This document shows positions 20,026 through 29,308 of a stretch of DNA of 64,000 bases, piece by piece. Under the pieces are notes generated by a model. The model was not told the DNA's origin, ran no database searches, and was given only the letters and a program-made list of their open reading frames with translations. Origin of the DNA: an uncultured Candidatus Saccharibacteria bacterium (GTDB lineage: Bacteria; Patescibacteriota; Dojkabacteria; CAZCSM01); the NCBI GenBank assembly GCA_964501355.1, contig CAZCSM010000004.1:3340-67339 (forward strand), given 5' to 3'. Every line of letters begins with the position of its first letter. The first letter of the stretch is position 1. The translations under genes were made by a program, and so were the position numbers.

Positions 20026-21522
20026 TTATACCAATTCCAATTCCTCTAAATATTTTTTCATCTTCTTTCTCGATTCCTCAACCAGCTCTTCCAATTCTTC
20101 TATCTCACCATGAACAGTCTTAATATCAACAGTCTCTTCTTCTTCAAAAGTATCAACATATCGAGGAATGTTAAGGTTATAATCATTCTCTTTAATTTCT
20201 TTAATGTTTGCTCTATACGAATATTTTTCAATCGTTTCAAAATCTCGGTAAGTTTTTACAATCTTATCAATATCCTCTTTTCTCAATTTATTCTGATTCT
20301 TCCCGTCAGCAAATTCACGACTAGCATCAATAAACAAAACATCATCTGTAGTCTTCGCTTTATTAAAAACAAGAATTGCAGCAGGAATACCCGTCCCGAA
20401 GAACAAGTTGGAAGGAATCCCAATAACAGCTTCAATCAAGTTCTCTTTCAAGAATTGCTCTCGAATCTTACCTTCCGCACTACCTCGAAATAAAACACCA
20501 TGAGGAACAACAACACCGACTTTACCAGTCTCGTTAATCGTTTCAACCATATGAGAAATAAAAGCATAGTCACCTTTACCCGTTGGGGGCATTCCTCGCC
20601 AGAATCGCTTGTATCTGTCGCTCTCCACATCTTCAGCACCCCATTTCTTCAAAGAAAACGGAGGATTAGCAACAACATAATCAAACTTCATCAACTTATC
20701 ACCTTCAAAAAGAAGAGGATTACGAATCGTATCCCCCCACTCAATCCTTGCACTATCCATATCATGCAAGAACATATTCATCTTACACAAAGCCCAAGTG
20801 CTACCATTGCTCTCCTGTCCGTAAAGAGAAAAGTCTCTGCCACCAACCTCATTCGCAACACGAATAAGCAAAGAACCAGAACCGCAAGTAGGGTCACAAA
20901 TGCGACTGCCCTCTTTAGGACTTAACAATTTCGCAATCAAAATGGAAACTTCAGCAGGAGTATAAAACTCACCACCCTTTTTACCAGCATCACTAGCAAA
21001 TCGAGAAATGAGATATTCATAAGTGTTGCCGATTATATCCTCAATACCCACATTAGACGGCCTCAGGTCCATTCTCTCGTCCGCGAAATCCTCAAGTAGA
21101 TGTTTCAATCGTGAGTTCCTATCTTTGGTCTGTCCGAGATTTGATTCTGAATTGAAATCAATGTTTCGAAAGACACCTTCAAGCTTGTCCTTATTTGCAT
21201 CTTCTATTGCATAAAGGGCCTTATTTATCTTCTCTCCAATATCAGTATCCTTTCGATGCTCAAAGAGATAATAAAAGTCTGAGTTTTCAGGAATCTGGAA
21301 ACGCTCATTACGCATCACACGCTCAACACGCTGCCCATCCCCATTATACTTCTCGAGAAGTGTTTCCTTTCTATCCTTCCACACATCACTCAGGTACTTA
21401 ACGAAGAGCATTACAAGTATGTAGTTCTTGTACTCAGAAGGGTCAACAACCCCACGAAAAGTATCACACGCCTTCCACGCAATAGAATTAATCTCTTTTT
21501 GAGAAATATTTGAATCTTTCAT
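20026..21522 (-). CDS. hsdM: Type I R-M methyltransferase subunit
   Basis: GEFYTP, DPTCGSGS, NPPF; start probably at MKDSNISQ (21522) or nearby. Confidence 0.96.
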   Translation of the reverse strand: MKDSNISQKEINSIAWKACDTFRGVVDPSEYKNYILVMLFVKYLSDVWKDRKETLLEKYNGDGQRVERVMRNERFQIPENSDFYYLFEHRKDTDIGEKINKALYAIEDANKDKLEGVFRNIDFNSESNLGQTKDRNSRLKHLLEDFADERMDLRPSNVGIEDIIGNTYEYLISRFASDAGKKGGEFYTPAEVSILIAKLLSPKEGSRICDPTCGSGSLLIRVANEVGGRDFSLYGQESNGSTWALCKMNMFLHDMDSARIEWGDTIRNPLLFEGDKLMKFDYVVANPPFSLKKWGAEDVESDRYKRFWRGMPPTGKGDYAFISHMVETINETGKVGVVVPHGVLFRGSAEGKIREQFLKENLIEAVIGIPSNLFFGTGIPAAILVFNKAKTTDDVLFIDASREFADGKNQNKLRKEDIDKIVKTYRDFETIEKYSYRANIKEIKENDYNLNIPRYVDTFEEEETVDIKTVHGEIEELEELVEESRKKMKKYLEELELV

Positions 21523-21591
21523 CTGTCCTTGCAACAAATTGATTAAATTTTGAAACATTTTTATTATATTACAAAATTCATCCAAAAGCAC

Positions 21592-21646
21592 TTGACATTG
21601 TTTTTAGTTATTTGCTATACTTTCAGTGTTCAGTTAAGACTTAAGT
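21592..21646 (+). promoter_or_regulatory. Promoter and putative operator of the XRE gene
   Basis: TTGACA-N18-TATACT with extended TG; box TGTTCAGTTAAGACTTAAGT resembles 22661-22680. Confidence 0.55.
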
Positions 21647-21653
21647 ATTTATT

Positions 21654-21956
21654 ATGGAAACATTTGGAGAAGTTATAAGAAACTATCGAGTCCAAAAAGA
21701 AATGACCTTACGTGAATTATCGGAAAGAGTTGGCGTATCACCATCGTTCATCTCAATGATGGAGAATAACAAGAATTTGGGTACAGCAAGCGAAGAGACA
21801 ATTTGTAAAATGGCGTCAGTTCTAGGAATCAATGAGCTCAAGCTTCTCAATTTAGCTGAGAAGGTTCCCGAAAAAGAACTGGTTCAGCTAAAGCAAAACG
21901 CTTTAGCATTTTTTAGAGATGATTTACAGAGCCGAAAAAGTAAAATGGTTAGATAA
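21654..21956 (+). CDS. XRE-family HTH repressor (ImmR-like)
   Basis: MTLRELSERVGVSPSFISMMEN HTH. Confidence 0.9.
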   Translation: METFGEVIRNYRVQKEMTLRELSERVGVSPSFISMMENNKNLGTASEETICKMASVLGINELKLLNLAEKVPEKELVQLKQNALAFFRDDLQSRKSKMVR

Positions 21957-22644
21957 GAAAGATATTGAATCTACTACTAACAAAATTATTAAAATAACCT
22001 GCCCAAACAGGAAGCCTTTCACCCCCATCAACACGGAACAAGTAATCATATATATTCAAAATCGCTATGACAAAAAGTTACAGCTTTGGACAGGAAAGAT
22101 TTCTGAAGGACTTGATGGAAAATACGAGCTTTCCGAAAATGGATATAGAATCATCACAATCAATGAGAATCTTTATAACAATCCCACAGAATCCCTTGAA
22201 CATATAATAGCCCATGAATTTGGACATTATTGGTATCACACGACATATTTAAAACAGATAATGCAGCAAAAGAACATTCTAGGAGCCGCATTCCCCAGCA
22301 CTAGCAATCGTAAGCTATTTTCAAATTACAGTGATGCAGAATGGCAAGCCGATTACTTCTCAGGGGCATTGAGATTACCAAGTGATGAAGTATATGCCAA
22401 GCATTCTTCAATGTTTGACAATCTGGGGATTCTGGGTAAATTTCAAAACAATAGTGCATTATATAGATACATTGGAGAAGATGCGACACATACAACATTA
22501 GAGCATTGGGCAAAAGAATTTGGTGTAACACCATTCTGCTTATCAGTAAGAATGTTCTATATTGGAATATTAGATGCTGGGGGTAGAAGCTTTATTTCAT
22601 ATGACAGAAAGAGCAGAAAGGTTATTGAGGGTTTCGCATATTAA
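21919..22644 (+). CDS. ImmA/IrrE-family metallopeptidase
   Basis: IAHEFGHY and EWQADYFSGAL motifs; overlaps the XRE gene. Confidence 0.88.
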   Translation: MIYRAEKVKWLDKKDIESTTNKIIKITCPNRKPFTPINTEQVIIYIQNRYDKKLQLWTGKISEGLDGKYELSENGYRIITINENLYNNPTESLEHIIAHEFGHYWYHTTYLKQIMQQKNILGAAFPSTSNRKLFSNYSDAEWQADYFSGALRLPSDEVYAKHSSMFDNLGILGKFQNNSALYRYIGEDATHTTLEHWAKEFGVTPFCLSVRMFYIGILDAGGRSFISYDRKSRKVIEGFAY

Positions 22645-22765
22645 AAAATTTTAAGACAAATGTTCAGTGAACGCTTAACATATTAAAGCTATAAAACCCC
22701 AGTTCTTGTACAACTGGGGCAAATGATAGAGCAAACAATTAGTTTATTTTAGTAGGACAAACATC

Positions 22766-23941
22766 ATGTTAGACACTATCAGCTTGATTCTATACGGCAA
22801 GCAACTCAAAATCAACCCCGAAGACGACGGTTGCGTTGAATACATTGGGAATGCACTATATAAACCAACACTAGAACAAGCAACCCCCAAAGGATACATT
22901 ATAAATCGTTCCAAAAAGGTTAAGCACCTTAAGAAGAACAAACCCGAATGGGCGTACTCAATCAGAATTGACGAAAGCAATCCAAGAGGACGACAAATCC
23001 GTGTAAACATAGAGTTTTCTATTCCCAAACTTATATTAGGAAGCAGTCTGTATGAGGTTGAGCTGAACGAAGAAAACTACAATAAACTAATCAATAAACT
23101 TTATACCGAACTATCCCCTCATATAATTGACCTATCTAAAAATGACCTTGAAACTTCCGTAATTAAACGAATAGACTTTTGTAGGAATATCATTCTTCCA
23201 GAGAAGGATTCAGAGATTAACTGGATAATAGGGATTCTTGCAACGTATGACTTAAATGCGAGATATGATTTATCGAAGAAAGACTATCAAAACGATGAAA
23301 GAAAAGGTACATCAATAAGCTTTTTCAACAAAAGCCAAGCAATAAAATTTTACAATAAATTAGAAGAGATTCAGAATCTAAAATCCCTCACCCTTACAGA
23401 ACAAACACTCAAAAAAACACTGGATAAAAGAACAACCTCAAGCCAAGTTTTTCGTATAGAAAGAAGTCTACAACGATATCAAACTGTAAATTACGTTCTG
23501 TCAAAATTCATTGATAAGAAAAACAAATTCATACTCAAAGACGTATGGAATGAGGAGATGGCAAAAAAGCTTCTGATAGAACTTGTGGAAGACATTGTGG
23601 ACAAGAACATAAGTTTATTCACATGTTTTCAAAGCCCCGATGATGCAACGCTAATTAATGACTTGCTAAAAGCTTTTTCACTCGGAGACGTTTCAAAGAT
23701 TTACATGATGAAAAAGCTCGTTGACCAAGTTGGAACAACAGGAACAAAGAAATTACTACGAAAGCATATCTCAAGAGGAGCATATGACTATACACTTAGG
23801 AAGCTACTTGCAGCAAGCAAGGTTTTGGAAAAAGAGAAAGCGATATCTATTGGAAGTACATGGAGCAACATACTCGGTCAACTACGAAACAATGAATTTA
23901 TTACTTCCGAAAATTGGCAAGATAAAATACTAGATGATTGA
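22766..23941 (+). CDS. Putative replication initiator (phage/plasmid gene II/X-like, rolling-circle type)
   Basis: MLDTI start, EFSIPKL, RIDFCRN, KFYNK, FRIE motif order as in gII/X-type Reps. Confidence 0.65.
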   Translation: MLDTISLILYGKQLKINPEDDGCVEYIGNALYKPTLEQATPKGYIINRSKKVKHLKKNKPEWAYSIRIDESNPRGRQIRVNIEFSIPKLILGSSLYEVELNEENYNKLINKLYTELSPHIIDLSKNDLETSVIKRIDFCRNIILPEKDSEINWIIGILATYDLNARYDLSKKDYQNDERKGTSISFFNKSQAIKFYNKLEEIQNLKSLTLTEQTLKKTLDKRTTSSQVFRIERSLQRYQTVNYVLSKFIDKKNKFILKDVWNEEMAKKLLIELVEDIVDKNISLFTCFQSPDDATLINDLLKAFSLGDVSKIYMMKKLVDQVGTTGTKKLLRKHISRGAYDYTLRKLLAASKVLEKEKAISIGSTWSNILGQLRNNEFITSENWQDKILDD

Positions 23942-24116
23942 TAAGCATACAGCAAGAACAACATTAGGAACTGAAGCAACTTACATGTCGGACGAGCAAA
24001 TCGATTCCATTCTGAATATGTTTTACTCTTTCGCTGAAGTTGCTTATGAAGAATATACTCGGAAAAGGTTGGCAAATAATACAATAGTAATTTATAATAA
24101 AAATGGAGACTGTTAA
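23934..24116 (+). CDS. Small hypothetical protein between rep and recombinase
   Basis: 60 aa, overlaps the rep stop. Confidence 0.55.
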   Translation: MIDKHTARTTLGTEATYMSDEQIDSILNMFYSFAEVAYEEYTRKRLANNTIVIYNKNGDC

Positions 24117-24229
24117 ATAAGCAAGGGCTGCCAGAACAACTGTTCAGGTTGTTTTGATTTAGGGGGTATTTGCTCTGTCCTTGCGACAGTCTCCAAAATG
24201 CAGATGCCCCCTTAGTCATATTTGGCATT

Positions 24230-25744
24230 ATGGATAAACCAAACGCAATTTTATACACGAGAGTATCCTCAGAACGACAAGTTGAAAACACTAGTCTTGA
24301 TGAGCAGGAAAAATATGGTAAGCAATATTGTGATAAAAAAGGACTCCATCTAGTGAGTGTTTTCCGAGAAGAAGGAGAATCGGCCAAGACGGACGATAGA
24401 ACACAATTAAAAAACGCACTTGCATATTGTTCTTCAAAAAAGAATGATATTAAATTCTTCCTAGTTTATCGGTATGACAGATTTTCCCGTTCTGTAGAAC
24501 ATCACCATAGTCTCAAAGCCGCACTAAGTAATTGGGGGGTTAGAGTAGTCTCGATGACTGAAGAAGTTGATGACTCTCCAGAAGGTAAGTTTCTCGAAAA
24601 CATTCTTGCCGCAGTTGCACAACTAGATAATGACAATCGTTCTGTTAAATCAAGCAATGGAATGAAGGCTATTTTGGAACAAGGACTCTGGCCATTTCCC
24701 CCACCCTACGCATACATAAAAGGCAAAGAAAACATCAACAAAGTAAACCCTCTTATTCCCGACCCAGAAAGATTCGACCTAATCAAAAAGGGATGGCAAA
24801 TGATGCTAACAGGAAGATACAAAAGCGTAGAAATCGTAAAAGAGCTTAATAATCAAGGATGTACGACAAGAACTGGGAAAAAGATGACTGAGGGACTAAT
24901 ATCCAGAGTGTTTAATAATCCGTTCTATGCAGGACAAATAAACTGCCCTAAATTTAATATTAAGGAAATTGAAGGGAAACACATGCCAATGATTAGCATT
25001 GAAGAGTTCTACAGAGTCCAAAAAATTATCAGTGACCAATCAACATCAAAGAAAGTTCCTCATAGCAAATATAATCCCGATTTTCCTCTCAATAAGATAA
25101 TATACTGCACGCACTGCGGAAGAGTTCTAACAGGAAGTTGGGCAAAGAAACATCTGGGACTTGGTTATTATAGATGTCTAAATTCAGAATGTAATAACAG
25201 AGACGGCAATAGTAAGGATGGTATTGAAGAAAGCTTTATAGAATTACTTAGAAGAATTAAGCCAACTGAAAAGCTACAACAACTATTTAGATTGGTGGTA
25301 AAAGACGTTTTTGAAAATAAGTTATCAGAGAAAGTTTCTTCCAAAAAGACAATCGAACAAAATCTACGAAAACTTGAAGAACAGAAGGTAAGAATTGAAG
25401 AACTATTGGAACAAGGTGTTTATGATGTTGATAAATATCGACTGAAGATATCAAAAATCTCACCAGAAATAGAAACTCTGAAGATTAACATATCTGAAAC
25501 AAACATAGAGATTTACGACCTTGAAACCTATGTGAATTACGCACTTCAATTTATTAACAATTTACCAGACTACTGGTTACAACTTCCGCCAGAAGCGAAA
25601 CATAAACTTAATTGGGCGATTTTCCCTAAAGGGTTAAAGATTCAAAATGGGAAAGTTACAACCGACGAATTAGCCAGTATTTATACAGATATTCAGGAGA
25701 TTGCGAAGCATAGGGTTACAAATGGTGGGCCTTCTGAGATTTGA
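24230..25744 (+). CDS. Large serine recombinase (integrase)
   Basis: YTRVSS catalytic Ser, DRFSR, recombinase domain, Zn ribbon CTHCG...YYRC, coiled coil; start taken at ATG 24230. Confidence 0.95.
   Translation: MDKPNAILYTRVSSERQVENTSLDEQEKYGKQYCDKKGLHLVSVFREEGESAKTDDRTQLKNALAYCSSKKNDIKFFLVYRYDRFSRSVEHHHSLKAALSNWGVRVVSMTEEVDDSPEGKFLENILAAVAQLDNDNRSVKSSNGMKAILEQGLWPFPPPYAYIKGKENINKVNPLIPDPERFDLIKKGWQMMLTGRYKSVEIVKELNNQGCTTRTGKKMTEGLISRVFNNPFYAGQINCPKFNIKEIEGKHMPMISIEEFYRVQKIISDQSTSKKVPHSKYNPDFPLNKIIYCTHCGRVLTGSWAKKHLGLGYYRCLNSECNNRDGNSKDGIEESFIELLRRIKPTEKLQQLFRLVVKDVFENKLSEKVSSKKTIEQNLRKLEEQKVRIEELLEQGVYDVDKYRLKISKISPEIETLKINISETNIEIYDLETYVNYALQFINNLPDYWLQLPPEAKHKLNWAIFPKGLKIQNGKVTTDELASIYTDIQEIAKHRVTNGGPSEI
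25719..25732. repeat. att site, tRNA-proximal copy
   Basis: CAAATGGTGGGCCT overlaps the tRNA CCA end and the recombinase codons TNGGP. Confidence 0.85.
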
Positions 25745-25799
25745 ACTCAGGACCCCTGCTTTATAAGAACAGTGCTCTCACCAACTGAGCTAAAGGCCC
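25723..25799 (-). tRNA. tRNA-Ile(UAU)
   Basis: GGGCCTT/AAGGCCC acceptor stem, A73-CCA, anticodon arm CTGTT-CTTATAA-AGCAG. Confidence 0.92.
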
Positions 25800-25877
25800 A
25801 CACAGACTCCGTCAAAGAGTCTTCGAAATTGTACGATAAAACGGAAATATAATCAACCCAAACTCATGATTATCTAT

Positions 25878-28334
25878 CTAGAAAGGACTTGGCGGCGGTG
25901 TCAAATCGGGACCTGGAGTCGATTCTTCTTCCGCACCTCGCTGTGCCATCTCAGCTTCCACAAGCTCTCTATCACGACCATATCGAAGACGAGACAACTG
26001 CCTGATCATCTCAGCTGTTTTCTTGTCCGAAGGGAAACGACTCTTATCAAACCAAGTTGAGATAGAAAATGGTGTTGGATATTCACTATTTATTAATAAT
26101 TTTACGTAAGCATTCACATTCTCCAAGTTAACAAGATCATTCTCATCAAAGACCGGATAAAATTCGTTTTTCAAGTACTGGGCATCGTTAACACCAACCT
26201 TGAAACTGACGATTGAACCAATGTTACCAAAAACGGCATCTCGGATTTTCTCCTGAACCTGAGAAATGTACTGGTTTGCAACGATGAGGCCCAGCCCATA
26301 CTTTCTAGCCTCTGACAAAATCTGTGCGAAATCTTCCGTCGCGAAATTCTGAAACTCATCAACGTAAAGGAAGAAAGGTTTTCGGTCCTCTTTGTCAATG
26401 TCAGCACGACTCATGGCCGCAGACAGAATCTTCGGAACAATTAAGAGACCCAGGAACTGTGCATTCTCTTCACCAATAATTCCTTTTGAAAGATTAATTA
26501 ACAATATCTTCTGCTCATCCATCACCTTTCTAAAATCAAAAGATGATTTTGACTGACCGATGATATTTCGCATTAATTTGTTCGTTACGAACCTATCAAA
26601 CTTTGAAACAATATATCCCAGAATTTCGGATTTATGATATTGAGCGGTCTGCGCCTGTTCTTCCGTCCAATATTGTTTAACCATTTCATCTTTTATTTTC
26701 GGGATGAGTTTATCGACAAACTTTTGGGAAATCAGTATTCTTACAACTTCGACAAGTGTATATCCCTCTCCCGCCTCCATGGCGGTTAACATAGCATTTC
26801 TGACAGCACGTTCTAATCTCGGGCCAACAATACCCTGGCCATTCGGGTCAAAAAGTTTAATAAGAAGTCCGATAAATGCATTTACAACGCGATGTCGATC
26901 CTGCTCGTTATATGCTTCCATAATATTGAAAGCAACCGGTCTCTCGGTGTCACTCGGATCAAAAACGATTACATCCTCTATTCTTTCAGGAGGAATTCTA
27001 TCCATTATCCACTCGATAGCATCACCATGAGGATCCATGAATGCAACACCGTTGCCATTCATAATATCCTGAAGAGCCATACTCTGGATAAAGTATGATT
27101 TGCCGGAACCAGTCTTACCAACAACATACATATGTCGAAGACGATCCTCTACATTATCAAAGTAAACAGATCGCTCTTTTCCTCGATAGATATTCGTTCC
27201 CAGCCAAATTGAACCCTCATCGGGAACTTCTGCCGCTGCCGGAGCACGTTTCGACTTTAACCAGTGAATGTTCGGGACAGTAATCTCCTTATTAGGTAAG
27301 TGAAATATCGTCGCTAATTCATCAACGGTTAGAACGGAAGCCTGTTTTGCATTAGGATATCGAAATAGAAAATCAAACACGAACTGCTTTCTCTCCCAAG
27401 GCATCAACTTCTTGAACTTATACTTGGAGAATTTATTCATGTTTGGGCGAGAGAACTGCTCAAATGTACCAATCAAGTTGCTTAATAAGGTTTTCGACAC
27501 AGCTTTTGATTGTCCAACTGCAACTAGTCTTACATTCGTTGCAAACCCTGTCTTTGAACACTTCATTTCAATTCCTCTTAAGACATCTTCGGGAACATTA
27601 ATGTTCTTTTTTTCAGGATCAGAATTATAGTCTTTAACTTTATTCAAATACCCAATACCCGCATCTCGCCAAGTATCCGAAGATGGTGTTATTAATATCT
27701 GTACTGCAGTGGACTCACCTTCCGTCAGCTTGCTCATTGAGGTGAATATTGCACCAACGCCATCGATTGCCAGCTCATTATATGTTTGAATTGGATAGTG
27801 ATTATCCTTCTTTAATTTTAAACTCTCAAATGAAACAGAAGCTCCTTCGGAAAAGATATTATATTCATCGGTGATAACAACCTCGGATGGAGGATATGAA
27901 CCAAGAATCTGTTTCTCAACAAGTTCCTTCAACTCCTTAGGACAAGAAACGTACATACGAATACTTTCTGGAAAGGCAACAATTTCAAAAGAAATGTAAT
28001 CACTAAGTTTCAGTTTGCCACCCTCACTTATGGATGACAATCCTGAGAACATTTGTTCTGCGGCACTAATCTCAATCTCGTTACTTTGTGCTATACGTAT
28101 TTCAAAAAGAACTGATTCATAAGATCTCTTTTCTCTCTTGTTGTTCATATATGACTTGATTGCCCACAATACGAATCCAATAATTGCGAGGACAATACCA
28201 ATAAATACAACGATCATGAGATAGAAAATCGGATTTTGAGGAATTAGTCCCGTCGGAACGACGGGTGTTGAAGTAACATTATTTGTCCCAGTTAACGGGA
28301 CATTGTATTGGGCAGATATTACAAACACGTTCAT
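25878..28334 (-). CDS. VirD4/TraG-like (HerA-FtsK superfamily) membrane ATPase
   Basis: N-terminal TM, GKTGSGKS, MDPHGD, YVDEFQNF, SEARKY. Confidence 0.85.
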   Translation of the reverse strand: MNVFVISAQYNVPLTGTNNVTSTPVVPTGLIPQNPIFYLMIVVFIGIVLAIIGFVLWAIKSYMNNKREKRSYESVLFEIRIAQSNEIEISAAEQMFSGLSSISEGGKLKLSDYISFEIVAFPESIRMYVSCPKELKELVEKQILGSYPPSEVVITDEYNIFSEGASVSFESLKLKKDNHYPIQTYNELAIDGVGAIFTSMSKLTEGESTAVQILITPSSDTWRDAGIGYLNKVKDYNSDPEKKNINVPEDVLRGIEMKCSKTGFATNVRLVAVGQSKAVSKTLLSNLIGTFEQFSRPNMNKFSKYKFKKLMPWERKQFVFDFLFRYPNAKQASVLTVDELATIFHLPNKEITVPNIHWLKSKRAPAAAEVPDEGSIWLGTNIYRGKERSVYFDNVEDRLRHMYVVGKTGSGKSYFIQSMALQDIMNGNGVAFMDPHGDAIEWIMDRIPPERIEDVIVFDPSDTERPVAFNIMEAYNEQDRHRVVNAFIGLLIKLFDPNGQGIVGPRLERAVRNAMLTAMEAGEGYTLVEVVRILISQKFVDKLIPKIKDEMVKQYWTEEQAQTAQYHKSEILGYIVSKFDRFVTNKLMRNIIGQSKSSFDFRKVMDEQKILLINLSKGIIGEENAQFLGLLIVPKILSAAMSRADIDKEDRKPFFLYVDEFQNFATEDFAQILSEARKYGLGLIVANQYISQVQEKIRDAVFGNIGSIVSFKVGVNDAQYLKNEFYPVFDENDLVNLENVNAYVKLLINSEYPTPFSISTWFDKSRFPSDKKTAEMIRQLSRLRYGRDRELVEAEMAQRGAEEESTPGPDLTPPPSPF

Positions 28335-28340
28335 ATTATA

Positions 28341-28790
28341 TTAACTTACTTTTTCCATCACTCTCGCAAGCCAAATCTTTAACCAATCATCTGACTTTTC
28401 TAAATCTATTTTAGTTGAAACACCTAAATTATCAAGGATCCTTTTCGGAATTTGATAACCATAATATTTAACGGGGACACCAGAGTCATCATCGTCGTTA
28501 TCGTCATTTGCAGCCATCGCAGCATCATCTGCTGCAGCTGCAGCGGCGGCACCAGTTTTCTGAACTTCACCACGTTCTCTTTCTAAATCTTCCTTATATT
28601 TCTCTATCTGACCCAAAACAGCAGCTTCTGGAGTTTGACGGATTTTAATTTCTCCATAAACATCTTCTTCCGTCTTCTCCATAGACCCCAACTGCTCAGC
28701 CAAGAGCTCAGGATCTAAATCTGGAGATATGACATCCTCAGATTCGATTTTCTTTTTTTGTAAAGTTTCCTCCGTGGGCTTTGCTATCAT
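28341..28790 (-). CDS. Acidic low-complexity hypothetical protein
   Basis: 149 aa with poly-Ala and Asp tracts. Confidence 0.65.
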   Translation of the reverse strand: MIAKPTEETLQKKKIESEDVISPDLDPELLAEQLGSMEKTEEDVYGEIKIRQTPEAAVLGQIEKYKEDLERERGEVQKTGAAAAAAADDAAMAANDDNDDDDSGVPVKYYGYQIPKRILDNLGVSTKIDLEKSDDWLKIWLARVMEKVS

Positions 28791-28858
28791 GGTTTATACG
28801 TTTAATATCACACAAAAAAATTGTACCACATTAGAAAAATTTTAACTACATGTTAAAA

Positions 28859-29308
28859 TTAAGAGACTCCCTTCAGCTCTCTTTTGAGATCAAGTTTTTG
28901 ATCTTCCGCTTGTAAATGTTTCTTCTTTCCTGCTATTTTTCGTCCTTTCCCCAGCCCGATTTTCACCTTTATTAGAGAACCCTTCAAATATACGGATAAA
29001 GGAACTATTGCACATCCCTCTTGAGCTACCTTAAGAAATAGATCCTCGGTTTCTTTTTTCTTTAACAGTAATTTTCTCGAACGCGCGGGATCATAGTCGC
29101 TCAAAGTATCACCCTTCCACTTGGAAATATTAGCATTTATTAAAAACAAAGAACTTCCTATCGGCTTGACGTAGCTTTCCTTTAGGTTGATTTTACCTTC
29201 TTTAATGGATTTAACTTCACCGCCGGAAAGAACAATCCCCGTCTCTATCTCATCAAGAATTTCGTAATTGAAAAAAGCTTTTTTATTCCGCGCAAGAGTC
29301 TTACTCAT
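28859..29308 (-). CDS. smpB: SsrA-binding protein
   Basis: NKKAFFNY, GIVLSGGEVKS, RKLLL motifs; start probably at MSKT. Confidence 0.95.
   Translation of the reverse strand: MSKTLARNKKAFFNYEILDEIETGIVLSGGEVKSIKEGKINLKESYVKPIGSSLFLINANISKWKGDTLSDYDPARSRKLLLKKKETEDLFLKVAQEGCAIVPLSVYLKGSLIKVKIGLGKGRKIAGKKKHLQAEDQKLDLKRELKGVS

Larger units (their letters stand above)
12157..25732. mobile_element. Integrative element (~13.6 kb) at the tRNA-Ile(UAU) 3' end: serine recombinase, Rep, ImmR/ImmA-like pair, type I R-M
   Basis: Bounded by the direct repeat CAAATGGTGGGCCT, which contains the tRNA 3' end; recombinase gene abuts one end. Confidence 0.9.

Noticed and set aside
23878-24387. 169-aa antisense ORF across the rep-integrase junction
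   Set aside because: It overlaps three + strand genes and has no recognisable features.
25878-28334. VirD4-like ATPase as part of the island (ICE)
   Set aside because: It is on the chromosomal side of the tRNA, outside att, with no relaxase or mating-pair genes nearby.
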